DNA from: a virus
Lineage: Duplodnaviria > Caudoviricetes
Virus record (IMG/VR): IMGVR_UViG_3300008113_000019
Location: 1-64,000 of that record
DNA length: 64,000 nucleotides
Direction: 5' to 3' (one strand)
Part shown: positions 1-10,039 of the stretch, one piece after another
How positions within the stretch are numbered: the first letter of the stretch is position 1
How the letters are laid out: every line of letters begins with the position of its first letter
Position numbers and translations under genes: made by a program
The notes under the pieces: generated by a model
Told to the model about the DNA's origin: nothing
Database searches by the model: none
What the model saw: only the letters and a program-made list of their open reading frames with translations

Positions 1-682
1 CACGTTCTGCAGTAAGCTTAGCAGCGATCGCCATTGCCTGGCGCTTCTTCTGCGACTTACCCTTGAACTGTGGAGCATCAGACTTCTGGAAATCCTTAAT
101 TACAGTTCCCATCGAAGCCTTTTTCATGTCAATCTTTTCTTCAATTTCAACTTCTTCCTTGGCAAGTCTATTCAGCGCATTATCGATACCCTTTGAACGC
201 TTTTCGGCTCTCTTATCATGAGCGCGTTCCATCTCGCCCTGGCCCTTACCGTCCATAGTGCGAATGCCGCGCTGATATCCTGCGCGAGCTTCATCACGGC
301 CCATTTGATTCTTAGCCTTAACAGCGTAAGTTGCAAGCGTCTTCTTTGAAAGCTCGTCAATCTGCTCGGCTTCTTCAGCAACTTTCTTCTTCTTACGAAG
401 AAGTTTAAAGTCATGAGCATCGACCTTGCCATTCTTGTTGGCATCGATCTTGTGCTGATTGCCCTTGAGTTCCTCGTAGACCTTTTCGTCTTCACCTGGG
501 TTATAGCCATGACGCTCTTTGCGGCGATCAATCTGCTTTACCTTCGAACCCTTAAAGACTTCGTCGTCGTTGCCATTGCGGTCTGAATGCTTGGCAACAA
601 CGTGCTTATCCACGAACTTCTGTTCGTCAGGATTCTTAACTTTCAGATAACCTTCTAGGAATTGATTAAGCGTCTTCGCCAT
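1..682 (-). CDS. Prohead core/internal head protein (partial, runs off window start; absent from ORF track)
   Basis: Read by hand: ATG at 682 (overlapping the end of the acidic ORF), open to base 1: MAKTLNQFLEGYLKVKNPDEQKFVDKH...DANKNGKVDAHDFKLLR...IDELSKKTLATY...DFQKSDAPQFKGKS. K/E-rich with repeated [ILVF]-x-E sites like T4 gp21 cleavage sites; lies downstream of portal and gp67-like. Confidence 0.65.
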   Translation of the reverse strand, partial: MAKTLNQFLEGYLKVKNPDEQKFVDKHVVAKHSDRNGNDDEVFKGSKVKQIDRRKERHGYNPGEDEKVYEELKGNQHKIDANKNGKVDAHDFKLLRKKKKVAEEAEQIDELSKKTLATYAVKAKNQMGRDEARAGYQRGIRTMDGKGQGEMERAHDKRAEKRSKGIDNALNRLAKEEVEIEEKIDMKKASMGTVIKDFQKSDAPQFKGKSQKKRQAMAIAAKLTAER

Positions 683-995
683 CGTCTTCGAATCCTTCTA
701 AATCTTCGTCGTCTAAATCGAAATCGTCTTCGTCGTCCCAGTCGAGATCTTCAAGATCTTCATCATCAAGATCTAAATCGTCATCATCGAGATCTAGATC
801 ATCGTCGTCAAGATCGAAGTCATCTTCATCGTCGACAGAATCTTCTTCGGCTGCAAACATACTCTGTGCTACTGAGATTCTCATATCATCAATAGCTGCG
901 GTTGCTTTCTGACCCATAATATCATCGAATGCAGAAGCGAACTTAGTTGGCTGCTGATTCATAGAAAAGTTGATAAGATCATCAATATCGGCCAT
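666..995 (-). CDS. Prohead core protein, gp67-like, with a very acidic C-terminal tail
   Basis: Immediately downstream of portal as in T4. Start moved to ATG 995 (GGAGG at 1001-1005). D/E/L-repeat C-terminus. Confidence 0.6.
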   Translation of the reverse strand: MADIDDLINFSMNQQPTKFASAFDDIMGQKATAAIDDMRISVAQSMFAAEEDSVDDEDDFDLDDDDLDLDDDDLDLDDEDLEDLDWDDEDDFDLDDEDLEGFEDDGEDA

Positions 996-1016
996 TGTTT
1001 CCTCCAAATTTTTTAT

Positions 1017-1024
1017 TATTTATA
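1017..1024 (-). promoter_or_regulatory. T4-type late promoter TATAAATA
   Basis: tatttata on + strand, ~20 bp upstream of the gp67-like start. Confidence 0.8.
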
Positions 1025-1025
1025 A

Positions 1026-2669
1026 TCACGCTGGTTTCTTCACCAGGTCCGGAACTTTAGGTAGAGATGGAACCTTTGTAGGCTTTCCTGTATCTGGTCC
1101 TAAAGCTCCGCTGGTGTCGGCAGGCCCAGGTGTTTCTTGTGGTTGACCATCCGGACCTAGTTCAACCGGCGGATTATATTGTGGATTGTCTTGTTCTTCT
1201 ACAATCTGATCATCAATTTCCTTGATATCTTCTTCAGTCTGATACAGAACATTGCGACGAATCCATTCGTGCGAATAATATTTGCCAGCATAATCGTCAA
1301 TATCGCGGAGCATTGAGATACGATCGCGAAGAATTTCAGTATTTCTTAATTCAGCAAAATGGTTATCTTCTGAGTATTCATACTTGAAGTTAGTTTTAAA
1401 CTCTTGCCAATCTTCGCTAGTAATAACACCCTTTAGAATTAATTGCTTTTCAAGAATTTTATTGAATAGTTCAGAGAACTTGCCACGAAGACGAGTAACG
1501 AACTTAGCAAACTTTACTTCATCTCTTGAAATCTCAGTAGCACGACCAAAGTTGTACTGTGCCTCTGGATCGAGACGAGTAATCGGAACGTTTAGCGACT
1601 TGTAAAGCTTGCGTTGGAAATAGATAACATCATCCATCTGGCCAAGATTTTGACCTCCAGGAAGAGTCGTGATCTCTGTTCCCTTACCACCATCGCGTCG
1701 TGGTAACCAAAAGTCTTCAAGCATTGTCATATGCTTGCGGTCGTCACGAATCTCACCGGTCTGAGCATCGTAAACTACACGGTTCTTGAAACGAGTCATG
1801 ATATCACGAAGATACTGCTCTGCCTTCATCTTTGGTAGGTTACCAACATCGATGTAGAAAATACGACGTTCTGGTGCACGAGAAATACGGTAGATAACCA
1901 GCGAGTCTTCCATCGACTTTAGCTGGTTCAGAGGTTTAATTGCCTTCTGTAGGTAACCAATTACCATATCGCCTGGAACATTTACAAGGCCCGATGATAC
2001 GTTAACAACAGAATCTACAGCAATACGAATACCCTGTGAGGCAGGATCATTATATGTAGATCCCTGTGTAGGAGCCTTTGCGAATCCCTTATCGTTATAG
2101 ATGTAGAACTCTTCGGCTGTCTTATTAATAATTACGTTCGTATTCTTATTTGCCTTGACTCTCTTTTGAGTCTTGATCTTACGAATCTTACGCGGGTCGA
2201 CATATCTTAGTTCTTTGATGCCTTCACGCGGTGCTTTCTCGTCAATAATCAGATGGTAATAAAGTCTGCCATCGACGTACCATTTACGAAAGATCTCATA
2301 GGCGTGCTGATTGAATTCGAGAAGTTCGATTACAGTGTCGAACTCTTCAAGAATCATCTTCTTAATATTTTCTGGTTGTTCAAGATCATCAAGATTGAGA
2401 CTGACAATCTCTTTCTTGGGATCCATCACAATAGCTTCATTAACAATATCGTCAACGGCCATTTCGATATCAGGATGCATAGAGATTTCACGGTACTTGC
2501 TGACAAGTTCCGCTTCGTTTCTAACTGCACCTTCGAGATCTACATACTGGCCGTATGCACCACCTTCGGAAACAACAAGAGCACCGTCTTCTTCGAGCTT
2601 TGGCGCAAAGGACGGCAGTTCTTCCTGTGGTTTCTTTCGAATGATTTCAAAACCAAATAATTCGGCCAT
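1026..2669 (-). CDS. 20: Portal protein (T4 gp20-like)
   Basis: Motifs WYVDGRLYYH, LRYVDPRKIRK, IYRISRAPERRIFYIDVGNLPKMKAEQY, EDFWLPRRDGGKGTEITTLPGGQNLG. Confidence 0.97.
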   Translation of the reverse strand: MAELFGFEIIRKKPQEELPSFAPKLEEDGALVVSEGGAYGQYVDLEGAVRNEAELVSKYREISMHPDIEMAVDDIVNEAIVMDPKKEIVSLNLDDLEQPENIKKMILEEFDTVIELLEFNQHAYEIFRKWYVDGRLYYHLIIDEKAPREGIKELRYVDPRKIRKIKTQKRVKANKNTNVIINKTAEEFYIYNDKGFAKAPTQGSTYNDPASQGIRIAVDSVVNVSSGLVNVPGDMVIGYLQKAIKPLNQLKSMEDSLVIYRISRAPERRIFYIDVGNLPKMKAEQYLRDIMTRFKNRVVYDAQTGEIRDDRKHMTMLEDFWLPRRDGGKGTEITTLPGGQNLGQMDDVIYFQRKLYKSLNVPITRLDPEAQYNFGRATEISRDEVKFAKFVTRLRGKFSELFNKILEKQLILKGVITSEDWQEFKTNFKYEYSEDNHFAELRNTEILRDRISMLRDIDDYAGKYYSHEWIRRNVLYQTEEDIKEIDDQIVEEQDNPQYNPPVELGPDGQPQETPGPADTSGALGPDTGKPTKVPSLPKVPDLVKKPA

Positions 2670-2686
2670 TTGGACTCCTAATTAAC

Positions 2687-2719
2687 AAAAAAAGTAAGGG
2701 GAGTGGTTACCCCTTACTT
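2687..2719 (-). terminator. Rho-independent terminator after the tail tube gene
   Basis: 10-bp stem AAGTAAGGGG/CCCCTTACTT, 8-nt loop, followed by a U-run on the minus strand, directly after the gp19 stop. Confidence 0.85.
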
Positions 2720-2720
2720 A

Positions 2721-3257
2721 TTATTCTCCACCAGCTCTATCGGTGGTGCCACCACTTACAGTCCAGTAATCGTATGAGAATGTAACCTGGAACGATTCAA
2801 TCTGATCAGTTGATGCCCAATCAAGTTCGATTGGTGAGATAACACTCGGGAAGATTCCATTGAACTTATACTCGCGAATAGGTGTACCGTCTTTTGCATA
2901 CTGGATTACAGTAGCATTCGACTTGTATCGATTGATGTCGCGAACGTTACGCTCAAGACGATTGATTCGGTTTGACCATTCTTCCATGGCGTTACGAATC
3001 AGGAAGTCTTCATCGTTAATGACTGTTACTGTCCAGTCACCGAATGTTCTATCTCCGGCCAACTTCATTTGTCGGCCGAAGTAGAATACTGGAATTACTC
3101 CGAGAGTTGATTCTGGAATCTGAGCAGCTTGAACCATGAATGGTGTTTTTAAGTCGCCAGAAGCGTTTGCAGGGTTGTTGATACGTACCTGAAAGAGATT
3201 CTGACGTGCACCGCCGTAGACCAGTTGGCTTCTCATTTCATTGATATTAAAAGCCAT
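2721..3257 (-). CDS. 19: Tail tube protein (T4 gp19-like)
   Basis: GGARQNLFQV, FGRQMKLAGDRTFGDWTVTVINDEDF, IESFQVTFSYDYW; downstream of the sheath gene. Confidence 0.95.
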   Translation of the reverse strand: MAFNINEMRSQLVYGGARQNLFQVRINNPANASGDLKTPFMVQAAQIPESTLGVIPVFYFGRQMKLAGDRTFGDWTVTVINDEDFLIRNAMEEWSNRINRLERNVRDINRYKSNATVIQYAKDGTPIREYKFNGIFPSVISPIELDWASTDQIESFQVTFSYDYWTVSGGTTDRAGGE

Positions 3258-3281
3258 TTCTTTTTTCCTCCTAGTTTCTTT

Positions 3282-3289
3282 TATTTATT
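3282..3289 (-). promoter_or_regulatory. Late promoter variant AATAAATA
   Basis: One mismatch to TATAAATA, ~25 bp upstream of gp19. Confidence 0.55.
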
Positions 3290-5615
3290 AGAACTGGCCG
3301 ACAACTTCGTTGAACTCAACACCGGATCTTACGGCAACAAAGTTCAGCTGAATGAAGTTGATGCTCTTTGCTGGCTTGATGTAGATATCACCAACAAAGC
3401 GGTTTGTATCAACAACTTCTGGAGTATTGTTTGTTTCGTCGCAAACAACACGGAAGTCAGTGATACCACGGCGGCCCTGAACATCACGGAGGAATGGTTC
3501 AATCAGATTCAGGAACTGTGCTCTGGTGAACTCGTCATTGAATTCGAAGAGCATTTGGTTTGCAGCTGTTGCAATTGTCTTTTCAAGAACAATGAACAGA
3601 CGGCGTACATTGATACGATCAAACGCGCTTGGACGACCAAGAGCAGTCTTATCGCCGAACAGTACAGTTCCTTGACCTGGTTGTGTGATTACTGGGTTGA
3701 CATCGTTCTTGTAAAGAAGATCACGATCGGTCTTGTTCGGGCTATAAGCTAGCTTGACAAGATTCTTGATTTGACCGCGGTTATAACCAGCTGGCGAGAA
3801 CCAAGGATCGCGTAGATCATCAGAACGAGCTGTCAGACCAGCAATATCACCATTCAGTGGAACATAGCGATATACGTCATTGTATTTGTCGTACTGATAC
3901 TTGTAACCCGAGTCGATGAATGCATACGAGCTATTGCGTACACTCTGACGGAATGTTACAATGTTCGAAGCCTGTGAACCTTCCACTCCGCTTCCGACAA
4001 CATCTTCCTTCTGTGGAGAGATGAACACCACACAGTCCTTACGAACATCAGCGATATTGTCGATGAGATAGTTAGCAAGCTGTGCTCCGTTTGAAGCGCC
4101 AACCGACTTACCAGTCATTAGCAGAGACACGTCAACAGTTGAAGCATCAGCAAACAGATCGTAAGCCGAAGCAAGAGCAGCAACTGTTGCAGTGCTTTCA
4201 GTCACACCATCTCGTCCACCGATAAACGACTTCGAATATGGTGTAGTTGCAGTTGAGTTCGAAAGACTTGCAGCAGCAGTCGATGTTGCTTCTGAACGAT
4301 CGTTGGTTGCCCATACATAGCGTGAGTTATCGTTAATAACTGTCTTGTAGAAGGCTGTTGTACCGTCTTCACCAACAGCATCTGTAGCACGCGAAAGATT
4401 TTCGTATACTTCAAGAACAGTTCCTGGAGTACCCGAGAACTTACCGTCTTCGTCAACAACTACAACGCTGACTTGGTCAACAGTTGTAAGACCGCGATCC
4501 GAAAGATAGCGTGAAGTTCCTGGAGCAACCGGAACAGTGTTGTAGAACTCCCACTTGCGTGGAATTGTGTTACCAGTGAAGTTCGAAGCACGATTCCAAG
4601 TATCTTCAAACGTGATGTTGAAGTATGCTTGAGTTGAAGCGTCATCCGAAGAAACTGTTGGAAGCGACTTGATCTTGAGTGCCTGTGTACCAACGGTTGT
4701 GTTACCAAGCTCGATATAGTCACCTACAGACAGAGACTGTAGGATTGTATTTGCAGCATTCTTTGTTTCAGCATATGTAAGGGTCGAAGCACCTGAATCC
4801 CATGTAAGGAATACGTTAGCAGTCGAAGAGTTTACATTGATAGTAATACCAGCAGCAGCAAGTTGATCAAGACGATATGTAGTTGCTACACCGCCAACGC
4901 TCGAGTTGCTGAATGGATTAATTGTCTTGCTGTATTGATTTGCAGAATCGCACATCGACACACGAAGCGAGTTACCAAGATCACCTGGATAACGAGCTAC
5001 GAATTGTGTGCTAGCAAAGGTAGCATTTGCTGGACCCTTGTCTTCGAAGTCATCAGCATTCTTTACAATACAGTCAGCCAGTTCAATAACGCCACTATTA
5101 GCAACAGCATTCAGAGCAAGAGTATTTGCAAAGAAATTCAGTTGAGCATCAGTCGATGTAGTAGCATTTGCAGTCAGAACAACAGCAAGAGCTGTCGAGT
5201 TAGCAGTGACGGTTGAAACAAAGGTTCCGTCTGGAATACCAGCACCGAATACTGCATGACCAGCTTGAACACCGTGGTTATTGCCTGTCAGGATAACAGT
5301 TGTATTGCTCTGTAGGTTAACACTTGTTGAAGTAACCGTATTTGAGAAACCAGTTGTAACAGCTGCACGACTTACATAGAGAGCATTACCATATGCAAGG
5401 AAGTTAGCCGCTGTGAAGAATGTTTCGTAGTTGTCTGATGTTGGCTTGCCATAACGTGCGGCAAGAGTATTTTCTGAATCTACTAGAATGAACTTTCCGA
5501 CAGGACCCCAACGGAACACGCCACCGAAAGCACCTACAGTGGTAGCCAGCGATGGGATGGTAGTAGTTAGGTCGATCTCAGATACATTAATTCCAGGGCT
5601 GACTTGAAACGCCAT
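3288..5615 (-). CDS. 18: Tail sheath protein (T4 gp18-like) with inserted surface domains
   Basis: MAFQVSPGINVSEIDLT, DSGYKYQYDKYND, PWFSPAGYNRG, FDRINVRRLF, FEFNDEFTR, KPAKSINFIQLNF. Confidence 0.97.
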   Translation of the reverse strand: MAFQVSPGINVSEIDLTTTIPSLATTVGAFGGVFRWGPVGKFILVDSENTLAARYGKPTSDNYETFFTAANFLAYGNALYVSRAAVTTGFSNTVTSTSVNLQSNTTVILTGNNHGVQAGHAVFGAGIPDGTFVSTVTANSTALAVVLTANATTSTDAQLNFFANTLALNAVANSGVIELADCIVKNADDFEDKGPANATFASTQFVARYPGDLGNSLRVSMCDSANQYSKTINPFSNSSVGGVATTYRLDQLAAAGITINVNSSTANVFLTWDSGASTLTYAETKNAANTILQSLSVGDYIELGNTTVGTQALKIKSLPTVSSDDASTQAYFNITFEDTWNRASNFTGNTIPRKWEFYNTVPVAPGTSRYLSDRGLTTVDQVSVVVVDEDGKFSGTPGTVLEVYENLSRATDAVGEDGTTAFYKTVINDNSRYVWATNDRSEATSTAAASLSNSTATTPYSKSFIGGRDGVTESTATVAALASAYDLFADASTVDVSLLMTGKSVGASNGAQLANYLIDNIADVRKDCVVFISPQKEDVVGSGVEGSQASNIVTFRQSVRNSSYAFIDSGYKYQYDKYNDVYRYVPLNGDIAGLTARSDDLRDPWFSPAGYNRGQIKNLVKLAYSPNKTDRDLLYKNDVNPVITQPGQGTVLFGDKTALGRPSAFDRINVRRLFIVLEKTIATAANQMLFEFNDEFTRAQFLNLIEPFLRDVQGRRGITDFRVVCDETNNTPEVVDTNRFVGDIYIKPAKSINFIQLNFVAVRSGVEFNEVVGQF

Positions 5616-5657
5616 TGTTATCTCCCTTAGTCGAAGGTTTTATATACGAGTTTGTTT

Positions 5658-5665
5658 TATTTATA
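5658..5665 (-). promoter_or_regulatory. T4-type late promoter TATAAATA
   Basis: Exact consensus upstream of the sheath gene. Confidence 0.8.
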
Positions 5666-5676
5666 ATGTTGCTAGA

Positions 5677-7320
5677 TTAGGAAAACAAGCCAGCAAATTC
5701 CGGATTCCATTTCTGAGTCATGTCTACAACGTCATCTTCAGGATGTCCGTCATCGATAAAGCCAAAAGGCACTAAATCATTTTCAATTTCTTCATCAGTT
5801 TTATCTCTCAGTTTCATGAGAGTATGAATATCGGTTAGTTCTTTGAAGTACTGTTGGTCTGACAACCAAGCAAAAAGAACCAAACACATTACAAGGTCGT
5901 CATGACACCCTGGCTCGGCTTCATACGAACTATTCTTTTTCGAGAACGTAGAAAGCTCTTGGATGGTATCATGATCATGAATAATAAGCTGATATTGTTC
6001 TACGAGAAGTTTCAACAGAGAGCAACCAATAGACTTCACGGTCTTTGTAGTACGCACACCCCGGTCTGCTGATTTATTGAATCCGCCCGAAATTCTTTTG
6101 CCTTTTGCGCCGGCATTTTCAGTATAGATTAAGTTCTCACTGTCATAATCAAAATAAAGAGTATCAGCAACTTGACCACCGATGTCATTGATTTCTACAA
6201 GTATTGTAGCATCATTATAGAGTTTAGCAATTCGATGGATTTCTACTGCATAGTCAACAGGAGTTACTAAGTTGCTTCTATATACTGCAACCTGGTTGTA
6301 TGGCATCTTTGTGACATCGATAATCTGGAAAGCAGAGTAATCCAGGCCTTTACCTCTTGATACGTCTGCTACTAGAACATACTTGTGCTCTTCTTCTGGT
6401 AGAAAATATTGAGCAAGTCCAGCCTTCGATGCAAGCGGTGCTTTTACTACCAAACTCTTTAGCACTGCGCCTGAAATCAGAGTACCAGAAGAACCCAACC
6501 ATGCACACTCAAATTCCTGAGCAAACTTCTCATGATCAAAGTCCATAGCAGCAAGGGTTTCTTGGCGCCATTTCTCATCACGACCAGGAACTTTCTGCCA
6601 AGGAACTTCAACGTATTGATAACCATTGGTTCCTTCTTTGGCGCCCATACAGGTTTTATAGAAGTGGTTCAAACCATTTGGTGTAGAGGTGAAGAGGATC
6701 TTGGTAGTTTCACCTGATGAAATTGTAGGGAAAACCGATGCAAAGAACTCATCCCAGTTTTCAACGAATGCAGCTTCGTCGATGTACAGCAGCGAGATCG
6801 ACTTACCACGAATGGCAGAGGATGAGGTTGCAGCAGCAATAACCTTACAGCCATTCTCAAGTTCGATCGAACCTTTGTTCCATTCAACAACACCTTGCTG
6901 CAGCCACTCTGGCAGAGATTCATAAGATAATTTGATTCTGTCTAGAATTTCACGAGCCGCATCACCCTTGTTAGCAAGAAGAGCAACTGTTTTATGGTCG
7001 TTAAACAGGATATAGTGAAGAATAATAGCCGCGGCGGTTGTCGTCTTACCAGCCTGGCGAGATGTAACAACGGTGACTCGGCGATTGTTAGTTAACTTAG
7101 TAACAATTTCTTTTTGATAATCATACAGCTTGATTGGGATCAAGCCATGATCAACGTGCACAATTTGGATATACTTTTCAGCAAAGTAGATGGGATCTTG
7201 TGCACACTTAATATATTCTTCCACCATCTCAGGAGTCCACTCGATCTTACGACGAGCTTTCTTGAGAAGCGGGTTGCCATTATAACCCTTATCAAACATT
7301 TTCTTCATAGAGTCAAACAT
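5677..7320 (-). CDS. 17: Terminase large subunit (T4 gp17-like)
   Basis: Walker A-like SRQAGKTT, Walker B LLYIDE, STPNG coupling motif, nuclease motifs ADVSRG and HDDLV. Confidence 0.97.
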   Translation of the reverse strand: MFDSMKKMFDKGYNGNPLLKKARRKIEWTPEMVEEYIKCAQDPIYFAEKYIQIVHVDHGLIPIKLYDYQKEIVTKLTNNRRVTVVTSRQAGKTTTAAAIILHYILFNDHKTVALLANKGDAAREILDRIKLSYESLPEWLQQGVVEWNKGSIELENGCKVIAAATSSSAIRGKSISLLYIDEAAFVENWDEFFASVFPTISSGETTKILFTSTPNGLNHFYKTCMGAKEGTNGYQYVEVPWQKVPGRDEKWRQETLAAMDFDHEKFAQEFECAWLGSSGTLISGAVLKSLVVKAPLASKAGLAQYFLPEEEHKYVLVADVSRGKGLDYSAFQIIDVTKMPYNQVAVYRSNLVTPVDYAVEIHRIAKLYNDATILVEINDIGGQVADTLYFDYDSENLIYTENAGAKGKRISGGFNKSADRGVRTTKTVKSIGCSLLKLLVEQYQLIIHDHDTIQELSTFSKKNSSYEAEPGCHDDLVMCLVLFAWLSDQQYFKELTDIHTLMKLRDKTDEEIENDLVPFGFIDDGHPEDDVVDMTQKWNPEFAGLFS

Positions 7321-7703
7321 TAGGTAGAATCACCTTTAATGTTTGATATCATCTTCTGTAGATCAGCAGTTGATCCGACAAAAAGATTGTTTGTAACTTG
7401 CTGTGGAGAAGCTTCAGGATCGGCTTCTAGAATCTTTTTCTTCTTTGCTTGAAGATCCAGCAGGTCTTTGCTTGCACTCACCATGGTGTTCATCATAGTA
7501 GCAAGAACTTCATAGGCTCTTGGATGCTGACTCTGTCGAGCCACGTCCATGAGATCAAAGAGTGCCTCTTGACCTTTGTTGATTACTTCCATCATGTTTT
7601 CACGGGCATATTCAAAATCTGCCTCGGTCTGTGTGGTAGCTTTCTTTTCAATTACTGCTGGCAGATTTGAGTTTGAGCCAGTAAATTTATCGATATTACT
7701 CAT
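7320..7703 (-). CDS. 16: Terminase small subunit (gp16-like)
   Basis: DFEYARENM, HPRAYEV, NNLFVGSTADLQK; directly upstream of gp17. Confidence 0.9.
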   Translation of the reverse strand: MSNIDKFTGSNSNLPAVIEKKATTQTEADFEYARENMMEVINKGQEALFDLMDVARQSQHPRAYEVLATMMNTMVSASKDLLDLQAKKKKILEADPEASPQQVTNNLFVGSTADLQKMISNIKGDST

Positions 7704-8533
7704 TAGATATTCTCTATAAAGTCATTAATGAATCCATAATCATCGGTGGATTTGATCTCTAAATAATCAATTGATAGAGCTGCATTACTTGTAGGCTCAC
7801 CTTGTGCAGTGAGTCCTGGCTTTGCAGTAACTACCACAGTATTTGCAGTGGTAAATGCATTCGCCGTAGTAGGTGAATCTGTCAGTCTCATATTTGCCTG
7901 AGCAAATTTGATCAGACCAGACTTCTTGGTTGGTCCGAAGATGTATGCCTTCATTGTAAAGGTCAGATCCCAAATGATAGCACGTCTCTCTTCGAAACTA
8001 CCTTCGTAGGTATCAGTTACATTGATGTCGTTTAGAACAATCGGGATATCCATCACGGCGTCGATACCAGGAACCAGATTTACAGAAGCAGTCCATTCTG
8101 GAGTGAAGTACGGAAGAATCTGCTCGATAATACGAGTTCCATCCTCGGCGTTCTTGACCATGATCGACATCTGAAATGTGATGTTGTACGGAACTGGCAT
8201 GTACTGATAAGCAATACGATCGTCTGTGCCGTTGTTTGTTGGTTGCTTATAGTAACGATTCAACGTATTTAGTTTTCTCTCGGAGTCGTAAGTGAACGAC
8301 GTCATCTCGAAGGAGATGCGTGGCAGGACAACACCAACTTTATTTGAAAGTCCTGGGTTACCATCAAGTCTTGCTAGAAACTTTTCTTTTGGACCATACG
8401 AGAGAGGAACCTTCAGCGTTTGAATCGATTCACTAGACGCACTGTCGCGTGTAATCCAGATGTTATTAAAAAGTGTTCCGAAAAGTATGACATACTTTCT
8501 GAGAGTATCATGGTTCCATGTACGACCGAACAT
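7703..8533 (-). CDS. 15: Tail sheath stabiliser/terminator (gp15-like)
   Basis: FGTLFNNI, KVPLSYGPKEKFL, LPRISFE, QILPYFTP, YEGSFEERR; synteny 13-14-15-16-17. Confidence 0.92.
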   Translation of the reverse strand: MFGRTWNHDTLRKYVILFGTLFNNIWITRDSASSESIQTLKVPLSYGPKEKFLARLDGNPGLSNKVGVVLPRISFEMTSFTYDSERKLNTLNRYYKQPTNNGTDDRIAYQYMPVPYNITFQMSIMVKNAEDGTRIIEQILPYFTPEWTASVNLVPGIDAVMDIPIVLNDINVTDTYEGSFEERRAIIWDLTFTMKAYIFGPTKKSGLIKFAQANMRLTDSPTTANAFTTANTVVVTAKPGLTAQGEPTSNAALSIDYLEIKSTDDYGFINDFIENI

Positions 8534-9261
8534 TATACTGCTCCCTCTGAGAATGGATCGATTTGCGACCAGTCTAAGATAGTGTCACCCTCCAGCTGGA
8601 ACTCTGTATTGTCTTCGTAAGGATCTCTTGCTTGCTCCTCGAAGTTATAGCCACTCTGAACAATCTGATATCCGTCTTGGTCAGTAATAATGAATCCATT
8701 TTGCGTAAGAAGAGCATAATCTGTTAAGGCAAGAGAAAGATCTTTCTCGATACTATCGATTGCTTCAATGCCAGTGCTAAATCTTTCTGAACTGTATTCA
8801 AACATTTCACATACCAGATCGTACATTTGAATTGCACCCATCTGGTAGAATACAGCATTTTTGTTTACGTACTTGACAACCCAGAGACGATCTAACATCG
8901 GAATATAGATCAGATCTCCTTCTCTTGGTCTTTCAATATTTTCTAGACTTCCGACCTCGTTCATGAAGTTGCGAACAGAGACTGTTAAAGTCATCTGGTC
9001 TCGAATCTCTAAGTTGAACTTGGATAAGAAGTTTCCATCGCCTTCGTAACTATCGACATTCTTGATGTACATGTCGATGAAGTAAGCAGTCTTATATTCG
9101 GAAAGAGTATCTTCTCCGTAGATATCATCTTTTGCTACAAGTGTTCTAGGACAATAATAAAGATCATGGCCATAGACCTTGATAGACTCCATTACGAGAT
9201 CTTCTATCAAAAGCTGTTCTTGGCTATTACTAAAATTATTGAAATAGAAATTAGTAGTCAA
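8533..9261 (-). CDS. 14: Neck protein (gp14-like), TTG start
   Basis: EQLLIEDLVMESIKVYG, FLSKFNLEIRD, RPREGDLIYIP, FYQMG, FEYSSE. Confidence 0.92.
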   Translation of the reverse strand: MTTNFYFNNFSNSQEQLLIEDLVMESIKVYGHDLYYCPRTLVAKDDIYGEDTLSEYKTAYFIDMYIKNVDSYEGDGNFLSKFNLEIRDQMTLTVSVRNFMNEVGSLENIERPREGDLIYIPMLDRLWVVKYVNKNAVFYQMGAIQMYDLVCEMFEYSSERFSTGIEAIDSIEKDLSLALTDYALLTQNGFIITDQDGYQIVQSGYNFEEQARDPYEDNTEFQLEGDTILDWSQIDPFSEGAV

Positions 9262-9265
9262 GATC

Positions 9266-10009
9266 TTATCCGATCATGTCAAGAACCGGAAGAGAATACG
9301 ACGAAATCATCTCATCTTCCATTCTTCGAATTTCTTCGGTAGCATCGTCATAAATCTTTTCACCATTGAACTGTACGCCGCCAGGAAGCTGCATACCAGT
9401 GAACTTGGTGAGATTCGAACCCCACTGTCTCTTGATCAGAGCTGTAGCATAGTTCTGAAGCCAGCGATCATTCCATGCGTCTGTCCATGTCTCTGGATTC
9501 ACAACTTCGTATGCATCGACGAGAAGATACGATCCAACAGGAACTGTATTCCAGTCCATATCAATATGAAGTCTATCCTTGTGACGCGCGTAGCGAATTG
9601 GTTGTTGGCCGACAAGAAGTTCTGTCACAAGCGCAAGATGTTCCATTACCATATAGTAAGGAACGAGAGAAACGTTTGTCAATGTATAGAGGTCGTTCAG
9701 AGCAATCTGATAACGAATGTTGAAAAGATCGTCGGCACGAATCGATGGATCGCCAATCTGGAAAATACGAACAGCACCGATGATATTCTCTGGAAGAGTA
9801 ATGTACTTGTTTGCAACATCAGTTTCTGTGACTTGATGTTTATAGTATACTCTATCTGAACCATCAAAGTGATAGTCGTACCAATAACGAATTGCTTCGT
9901 CAATACGATCGTCTACTTGGTCGTCATCAACGTTGATTTCGATAACAGGCTTACCTAACTTACGTAGGCAGTATTCTTTAAATTCAGCTTTAGTTGTTGG
10001 TGTAGCCAT
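9266..10009 (-). CDS. 13: Neck protein (gp13-like)
   Basis: YCLRKLGKPVIEINVDDDQVDDRIDEA, WLQNYATALIKRQWGSNLTKF, LPGGVQFNG. Confidence 0.93.
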   Translation of the reverse strand: MATPTTKAEFKEYCLRKLGKPVIEINVDDDQVDDRIDEAIRYWYDYHFDGSDRVYYKHQVTETDVANKYITLPENIIGAVRIFQIGDPSIRADDLFNIRYQIALNDLYTLTNVSLVPYYMVMEHLALVTELLVGQQPIRYARHKDRLHIDMDWNTVPVGSYLLVDAYEVVNPETWTDAWNDRWLQNYATALIKRQWGSNLTKFTGMQLPGGVQFNGEKIYDDATEEIRRMEDEMISSYSLPVLDMIG

Positions 10010-10031
10010 CTCGACATCCTAGTTTTGATTC

Positions 10032-10039
10032 TATTTATT
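10032..10039 (-). promoter_or_regulatory. Late promoter variant AATAAATA
   Basis: One mismatch, ~22 bp upstream of gp13. Confidence 0.55.

Noticed and set aside
172-531. 119-aa minus-strand ORF in the track
   Set aside because: Overlaps in another frame the longer, coupled ORF running 682 to <1, which has a more plausible composition
666-870. Acidic tract as an Ocr-like DNA-mimic anti-restriction protein
   Set aside because: Late promoter and position after the portal fit an acidic prohead-core protein
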